The notes under the pieces were generated by a model. That model had not been told where the DNA came from. It worked only from the letters and a program-made list of their open reading frames with translations, and made no database searches. 64,000 nucleotides of DNA from Bacillota bacterium (GTDB lineage Bacteria; Bacillota; Negativicutes; Sporomusales; UBA7701), in the NCBI GenBank assembly GCA_023415775.1, contig JAEZJM010000014.1, positions 29,784-93,783 of the forward strand, read 5' to 3'. The translations under genes and the position numbers were made by a program. Positions 58,734 through 64,000 of this stretch are shown in pieces; within the stretch, counting starts at the first letter, position 1; every line of letters starts with the position of its first letter.

Positions 58734-58765
58734 TGGTGGAGACGAGGCGTGCCGAACCCCTGACC
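58734..58765 (-). other. Degenerate tmRNA/tRNA-Ala 3'-end fragment (att-like scar)
   Basis: Minus strand reads GGTCAGGGGTTCGGCACGCCTCGTCTCCACCA: a T-arm-like GTTCG and a ...CTCCACCA acceptor end, with no 5' half present. Confidence 0.5.
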
Positions 58766-59188
58766 AATTCATATCTAAACAGCATGTTTTCTCCCTACGT
58801 CTGCGGGAGCATATACATATCCTTACAAATGCCAAAGAAGCCCTGCTATGCAAGGCTTCTTTAACTGTGTTTTCTCCTTACTACCGATTCAATGTGGAGG
58901 GCCTGAGGGAGCATATAGGGTTAATTGGGCAATTCTAGGTACCCAAAACAAATTTGCCGGTCGTACCGGATGTAGATCAGTCTTAGACACGTTAATCCAA
59001 ATCAACTATCATTACGAGTGACTTAAATCACTTTGCTCTAGTATTATTTTTACTATAATAAATACTATAACAATATTGTCTACTTAGTTCCTGACCTAAT
59101 TCAATGTTTTCCATCTTAATTTTCAGGTTACCAACTTATTTCAATAGTCCCCAACTTGTTTTTATGTTTACACATGAGGAGGACGACC

Positions 59189-59845
59189 ATGACTCTGCCT
59201 TTTGCCAACATTCCTTTCTTCAACAAGCGCGTCAAATTCCCCGTCACCCCTCACATCCCCGCTGGGCTCACCAGCCCCGACCAGCTCCGCCAGATCGCCG
59301 CCGTCGCCGAAAAGTACGGCGGCAGTCTCAAAATCACCGGCGGCAGCATCGTCATCCTCGGCCTCAGCGTCGCCGACGGCGAAAAAGCGCTCGCCGAACT
59401 CGGCGCCAGCCCCGAATCCTTTATCGCCAAGGCTGTCCGGGGAGTCGCCGTCTGCCCCGGCAAACCCCACTGTCCCATGGCCCGCCAGGACAGCACCGCC
59501 CTCGGCCTCGCCCTCGACGCCGAATTCTTCGGCCAGCCCACCCCCGGCAAACTGCGGCTCGGCATCAGCGGCTGCCCCAATTGCTGCGCCGAGGTCATGG
59601 TCAAAGACATCGGCCTGTACGGCACAGCCGACGGCTTCACCGTCGCGGTCGGCGGCAACGCCGGTCGCAGCGCCAAAGTCGCCCGGGTTGCGGCCGAAGG
59701 CGTGGCCTCCGGCGAAATTGCCCCCCTCGTCCGCGCCATCCTCGCCTTCTACCGCCGCCACGGCCGCGACAAAGAGCGCCTCGGCGACACCATCGGTCGC
59801 GTCGGCTGGGACGAGTTTCTCGCCGCCGTCTTCCCGCCCCGGTAA
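59189..59845 (+). CDS. Small stand-alone nitrite/sulfite reductase (siroheme-4Fe4S) domain protein
   Basis: PHIPAG...QLRQIAAVAEKYG, CPGKPHC, GISGCPNCC, KDIG, VGG and ERLG motifs. Confidence 0.82.
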   Translation: MTLPFANIPFFNKRVKFPVTPHIPAGLTSPDQLRQIAAVAEKYGGSLKITGGSIVILGLSVADGEKALAELGASPESFIAKAVRGVAVCPGKPHCPMARQDSTALGLALDAEFFGQPTPGKLRLGISGCPNCCAEVMVKDIGLYGTADGFTVAVGGNAGRSAKVARVAAEGVASGEIAPLVRAILAFYRRHGRDKERLGDTIGRVGWDEFLAAVFPPR

Positions 59846-60025
59846 TGCTCTCAACAGCAAAGCAATCTAACGTTTTACAAATTATTCGTTTTCTCCATCT
59901 TTCTATATAGTGTCCCTATTACAGCCGCTCTTGCCGCAAAGCCCAGCAATAATGTAGTTTTAGGGCCAAGCTTCAAAATTGCGCTTGTCTGCATTTCGCC
60001 GGATGAAAAAAGTCCGCTACTCCCT

Positions 60026-60084
60026 GATGATATACTTAGGTATGTATATCATTTACTCGATGATATATTTGTACATGTATAACT
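60026..60084. promoter_or_regulatory. Tandem palindromic operator-like sites upstream of the MCP gene
   Basis: ATGATATAC-N8-GTATATCAT (60027-52) and a degenerate copy 33 bp downstream. Confidence 0.55.
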
Positions 60085-60105
60085 TTAGTATGGGGAGATG
60101 CAATT

Positions 60106-61821
60106 ATGGGACTATTTAAAGACATGAAAATTGCCGCAAAAATCCTCTGTATTCTGACCGTACTGGTCATCCTCTGCGTGGTCGTCGGCGGCGCCGGACT
60201 CTACTCGGCGAAAAACATCGCCAGCCTGGCCCACAAATTGTACGACGAGAGGATGGAGCCCAGCGAGCTAATTTCCGAAGTCAGGCTGATCAGTAAAGAC
60301 ACCGAGTCCAAACTGCTAGAGCTCATCCAGACCGCCGATCCCGCCGCCCAGAAGGCCATCCTCCAGGCCATCGACGACAACACCAAGGCCATCAACAAAC
60401 TTCAGGAGGAGTACCAAAAAACCGCCGCCATGGACGCCTACGAACAGCAGAAATTCGCGGAACTGTCCAAAGAACTGCCCGCTTACCGGGAAGCCCGCGC
60501 CAACATCATCAAGCTGGCCACCACCGGCAAGCAGAAAGAAGCCTTCGACCTCTTCGTGGCCAGCAAGCCCGTCTTCGCCAAATCGCTGTCTATCCGCGCC
60601 GACATCAGCAAACACGACGTCAAACTCGGCAAAGAACTCTATCAGCAAGGCGAAGCCACCGCCTCGCTCGCCACCAAGACGATCATCGGCGTCACCGTCC
60701 TTGCCGTCCTGCTGTCCATCTTCCTCGGCCTGCTGCTGGCCAGATCCATCGCCACTCCCCTGAAGACGATGGTGGCGGCCGTCGGCGAGATCGCCGGGGG
60801 CGACCTGCGCAACACAAAAATCGCCGTAACCTCGACCGACGAACTCGGTCAGCTCGCCGTAGCGATAACCGCGATGCGGACCGAACTGCGCCAACTGATA
60901 GTGAAAACCACCCAGTCCACCGAACAAGTCGCCGCCTCCTCCGAAGAGCTCAGCGCCAGCGCCGAACAGACCTCCCTCGCCGCCAGCCAGGTCGCCGGCG
61001 CCATCACCGCCGTCGCCGACGGCGCCGCCAAGCAGCTCAAAGCCGTCGATCACACCGCCGCGACCATCGAGCAGATGTCGGCCGGCATCCAGCAGATCGC
61101 CGCAAACGCCAACACCGTCGCCGACAACTCCGCCAAATCGGCCGGCGCCGCCAAGGAAGGCGGCCGCTCGGTAGCAAAAGCGATCGCCCAGATGGGCCAG
61201 ATCGAAAACACCGTCATCAGCTCCGCCCAGGTAGTGACGAAACTCGGCGAACGCTCCAAAGAGATCGGCCAGATCGTCGACACCATTGCCGGCATAGCCG
61301 GCCAGACCAACCTCCTCGCGCTCAACGCGGCGATCGAAGCCGCCAGGGCCGGCGAACAGGGCCGCGGCTTCGCCGTGGTCGCCGAGGAAGTCCGCAAGCT
61401 CGCCGAGCAATCTCAGGAAGCGGCCAAGCAGATCGCCGACCTGATCGGCGAGATCCAGCAGGATACCGACAACGCCGTTAAGGCGATGAACGCCGGCACC
61501 GACGAAGTGCGCGTCGGCACAGCCGTCGTCAACGAAGCCGGCCAGACCTTCGAGCAAATCTTCGCCGCCTTCAACGACGCGACCGCCCAGGTCAGGGAAA
61601 TCTCGACCGCCATCCAGCAGATGGCCACCGGCAGCCAGCAGATCGTCGCCGCGGTCCGCGAAATCGACGTCGTCGGCAAGGCCACCTCCGCCCAGACCGA
61701 GACGGTCTCCGCTGCCACCGAGGAACAGACCGCCACGATGGAAGAAATCGCCGCTTCCAGTCAGGCGCTGGCCCGGATGGCCGAAGACCTCACCAACGCC
61801 GTCGGCAGGTTCAAAGTCTAG
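60106..61821 (+). CDS. Methyl-accepting chemotaxis protein (4HB sensor, HAMP)
   Basis: Two TM helices, HAMP DELGQL, and IAGQTNLLALNAAIEAARAGEQGRGFAVVA. Confidence 0.95.
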   Translation: MGLFKDMKIAAKILCILTVLVILCVVVGGAGLYSAKNIASLAHKLYDERMEPSELISEVRLISKDTESKLLELIQTADPAAQKAILQAIDDNTKAINKLQEEYQKTAAMDAYEQQKFAELSKELPAYREARANIIKLATTGKQKEAFDLFVASKPVFAKSLSIRADISKHDVKLGKELYQQGEATASLATKTIIGVTVLAVLLSIFLGLLLARSIATPLKTMVAAVGEIAGGDLRNTKIAVTSTDELGQLAVAITAMRTELRQLIVKTTQSTEQVAASSEELSASAEQTSLAASQVAGAITAVADGAAKQLKAVDHTAATIEQMSAGIQQIAANANTVADNSAKSAGAAKEGGRSVAKAIAQMGQIENTVISSAQVVTKLGERSKEIGQIVDTIAGIAGQTNLLALNAAIEAARAGEQGRGFAVVAEEVRKLAEQSQEAAKQIADLIGEIQQDTDNAVKAMNAGTDEVRVGTAVVNEAGQTFEQIFAAFNDATAQVREISTAIQQMATGSQQIVAAVREIDVVGKATSAQTETVSAATEEQTATMEEIAASSQALARMAEDLTNAVGRFKV

Positions 61822-61861
61822 CACGCCAGCCGCGAAGCGGCGCACCTCGCAGTACGCGCAA

Positions 61862-61891
61862 AAAGACACCGGGCACTTGCCCGGTGTCTTT
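61862..61891. terminator. Bidirectional intrinsic terminator
   Basis: AAAGACACCGGGCA-CT-TGCCCGGTGTCTTT between convergent genes. Confidence 0.82.
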
Positions 61892-61895
61892 CCTG

Positions 61896-63314
61896 TTATT
61901 CTTTACGGTGATGATTTATTGACGCCTTGGTCTTGCCCAGCACCTTGCCGTGCTGGTCGACAAAGGTCACGTTCACGCCGCCCCATACATCGATATATTT
62001 GCGGTCGATGGCGACGAAATCGGACGGAGTGGTGAGATTCTTGGTTTCCATCTCGCCCGGCCTGACGCTCCGGGTGCGCACCTGGACGGTCATGTTGTTG
62101 CCGGCCACTGTCACCTTCTCAATACCGATGGCGTCGGCGCCGCCGCCGCTTCCCAGATAAGCGAACAGCACCGCTTTCTCGCTGTAATCTACATCCTTGG
62201 CTCGCGCCAGAATATCCGCGGGTATACGGCTTTCCTTTTCATCCTGGCCCGCATAATCGACAATAACCGTCATCGCCATATCGCGGGGGTACGCGCCTTT
62301 GTACCAGTCCCAGCCGTCATACCTGTCCGTCTTGAAAATCACCTTGCCTGAAGGCTGCGGCACTGGCATGGGGGCCGGCTTGTCGACCCGGTAGGTCGTC
62401 CAGATCGCCCCGCCGCCGCCGAATGGCCGCACGATGATCATCGTATAGACTTTATCCCCGTGCTGCACCGCGACATCCACCTGTCCGTGGCGGGCGATAG
62501 GGGTGGCGCTGTACTTGCGGACGACGGTGAAGGTATCGGCGTCGCTGAAACCATAGTACGCTTTGCCCTCGCGCTTGGCAACCTCCAGGGGCTCGAGTCG
62601 CCATTGGTCGCGGCCGGCGTCCACCGCCTGCTGCCATTTTATCACCTTGTCATAGTCGAGGCCTTCCACGCCCGGGCCCACATCCGGCTTCTGCTCGCGG
62701 ACCGCGGCCCTGACCTCGCGGACGGCGACGATCCGCCAGATATTACGCGCCCCCGGACCTGCCGGCTGGGTCAGCTTGACAAGATAGAACCGGCCGTCGT
62801 GGCCGACCAGCACCTGAGCCTCGCCGGTCCCTGACCTCTGGCCCTTGTAAAGCTGGGAAATGAGGGTAAAGGTATCCCGTGAGGCTGAGAAACCGTACTC
62901 GCCGGCGCTCTTCTTCACTACCTGGACTGGATCGAGCAGCCACGGCCGGTGGCCTGCGGCAACTTCCGCCTGCAGCTTGGCCGCCTCATCCTTGTCTATC
63001 TTGATAACCCTGGTCTCGTCGGCCGCGCCCTCGATGATCACCCTGGCAATCTTGCCGTCGGCGGTGGTAACGGCTGCTTCGCCGCTCACCTCCACCACCT
63101 CGGCCGCGTCGCCGGACTCGGCTTCGACCGTCTCGGCCTCTGCCGGCGCAGGCTCGGCGTAGGCGACCGCCGCGATCCGCCGCTCGTAATGCTGCGTGAC
63201 ACTCAGCCATTTTGCCGCCGCTTCGTCCGGCATGGCCAGCGTCGCCAGCGCCCCCGCAAAGAGTGCCAGGGCGGCGATACTATAAGTAATCTTGCTGTTT
63301 CTGTTCAAAATCAT
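61896..63314 (-). CDS. Secreted protein with a tandemly duplicated domain and a PrcB-C-like C-terminal domain
   Basis: Signal peptide; two QxxVxAGxxxWxLD/EP...YGFS...DTFT...IW units. Confidence 0.7.
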   Translation of the reverse strand: MILNRNSKITYSIAALALFAGALATLAMPDEAAAKWLSVTQHYERRIAAVAYAEPAPAEAETVEAESGDAAEVVEVSGEAAVTTADGKIARVIIEGAADETRVIKIDKDEAAKLQAEVAAGHRPWLLDPVQVVKKSAGEYGFSASRDTFTLISQLYKGQRSGTGEAQVLVGHDGRFYLVKLTQPAGPGARNIWRIVAVREVRAAVREQKPDVGPGVEGLDYDKVIKWQQAVDAGRDQWRLEPLEVAKREGKAYYGFSDADTFTVVRKYSATPIARHGQVDVAVQHGDKVYTMIIVRPFGGGGAIWTTYRVDKPAPMPVPQPSGKVIFKTDRYDGWDWYKGAYPRDMAMTVIVDYAGQDEKESRIPADILARAKDVDYSEKAVLFAYLGSGGGADAIGIEKVTVAGNNMTVQVRTRSVRPGEMETKNLTTPSDFVAIDRKYIDVWGGVNVTFVDQHGKVLGKTKASINHHRKE

Positions 63315-63410
63315 CTACTCCTTTCACGGCTGACTGATTAGTCACCTCACCCTATCAAACGCTCCCCGCCCGGAAAGGTAACGGCCGGGAAAAGGAAAAA
63401 TCGCCCGGTG

Positions 63411-64000
63411 CTACTCCAGCGACCGGGCGATTTTCTGCAGTTCGTCCTCCGGAAGGTTGCCTTCCACCGTTACGACCGTATCCTTAACAGTCAATGTCAC
63501 TCTGTTGGTCTTACCCTTGGCGGCGCTGACATCCGCGGGCACGTCGGCCCCCGCGTACGCCCGCGCCTTCGCGACGCCCGGCGCGGCCCCCTGGGTGATG
63601 ACGATCGCTGCGTCGCCGCGGCCGTACACCTGGCGGATAGTCGCGGTCGCCTTGTCCACCGTCACTTCGTCCGGCTGGCGGCCCGGCCAGGCGAGGTAGC
63701 CCGCCGCCGGCACCTTCGCCAGCTTATCCGCGGCCTTCTCCGGCGCTTTTTCCGGCGCCTTGGCCATCATCAGCCGCTGTTCGCTCCGGCTGCCGTCGGC
63801 GGCCGCAGCCACCGGCCGGTCCTGGGCCGGAGGCGGCGCCGCCTCCCGGACAGAGGCCGGCGCCGTATCCGCGGTCTGTGCCGGCCGTTTTGCCGCCGCA
63901 GAATCGTCTTTAGCCTTGTCGGCTTTGGCTACCTCCGCGGCGGAATCGGCCGCCTGCGGGGCGGGGATACTCTCGATCACCACACTGCCGGCGGGCGGGA
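63411..64000 (-). CDS. C-terminal part of a probable anti-sigma or DUF4367-like extracytoplasmic protein (start outside the window)
   Basis: Ala/Pro-rich linker followed by a domain ending VEGNLPEDELQKIARSLE. Confidence 0.55.
   Translation of the reverse strand, partial: PPAGSVVIESIPAPQAADSAAEVAKADKAKDDSAAAKRPAQTADTAPASVREAAPPPAQDRPVAAAADGSRSEQRLMMAKAPEKAPEKAADKLAKVPAAGYLAWPGRQPDEVTVDKATATIRQVYGRGDAAIVITQGAAPGVAKARAYAGADVPADVSAAKGKTNRVTLTVKDTVVTVEGNLPEDELQKIARSLE

Noticed and set aside
58734..58765. Functional tRNA or tmRNA gene
   Set aside because: Only a mutated 3' end is present, with no D-arm, anticodon arm or matching 5' acceptor strand.

Overview
High-GC genomic window from a diderm, spore-forming anaerobic Firmicute. 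The two-partner secretion system plus cotJ/spoVE-type genes suggest Negativicutes (Sporomusaceae-like); this is inferred. Most genes are on the minus strand. From left to right: (1) a LacI-controlled catabolic cluster with a Tct (TTT) transporter, SDR, amidohydrolase and an uncharacterised Fe-S gene pair; (2) an IclR-linked operon iorA-iorB-abfD-acyl-CoA dehydrogenase-MaoC; (3) small ORFs around an orphan rpoZ-like gene; (4) a complete Mo-nitrogenase cluster nifH-I1-I2-D-K-E-N-B-fdx-anfO-nifV with a highly structured leader; (5) a kinase/NarL/pseudo-receiver module followed by TpsB-TpsA; (6) cotJABC, pspC, ftsW/spoVE, DUF2935, trmB and an orphan kinase; (7) a GAFTGA-less enhancer-binding protein divergent from a stand-alone NrdD glycyl-radical domain and gldA; (8) a lower-GC segment (about 48.7-59.1 kb) with a MoxR/vWA-peptidase operon, secreted proteins and a second kinase/NarL/pseudo-receiver module, ending at a degenerate tmRNA/tRNA-Ala 3' end; (9) a siroheme/Fe-S protein, an MCP and secreted or anti-sigma-like genes. 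The best leads are the Ior-AbfD-MaoC pathway, the duplicated Asp-to-Glu pseudo-receiver modules, the nif leader (ANTAR-like attenuator plus antisense sRNA), the mini-NrdD and the MoxR-vWA operon with its structured RNA leader. All assignments come from motif recognition by eye; no searches were run.
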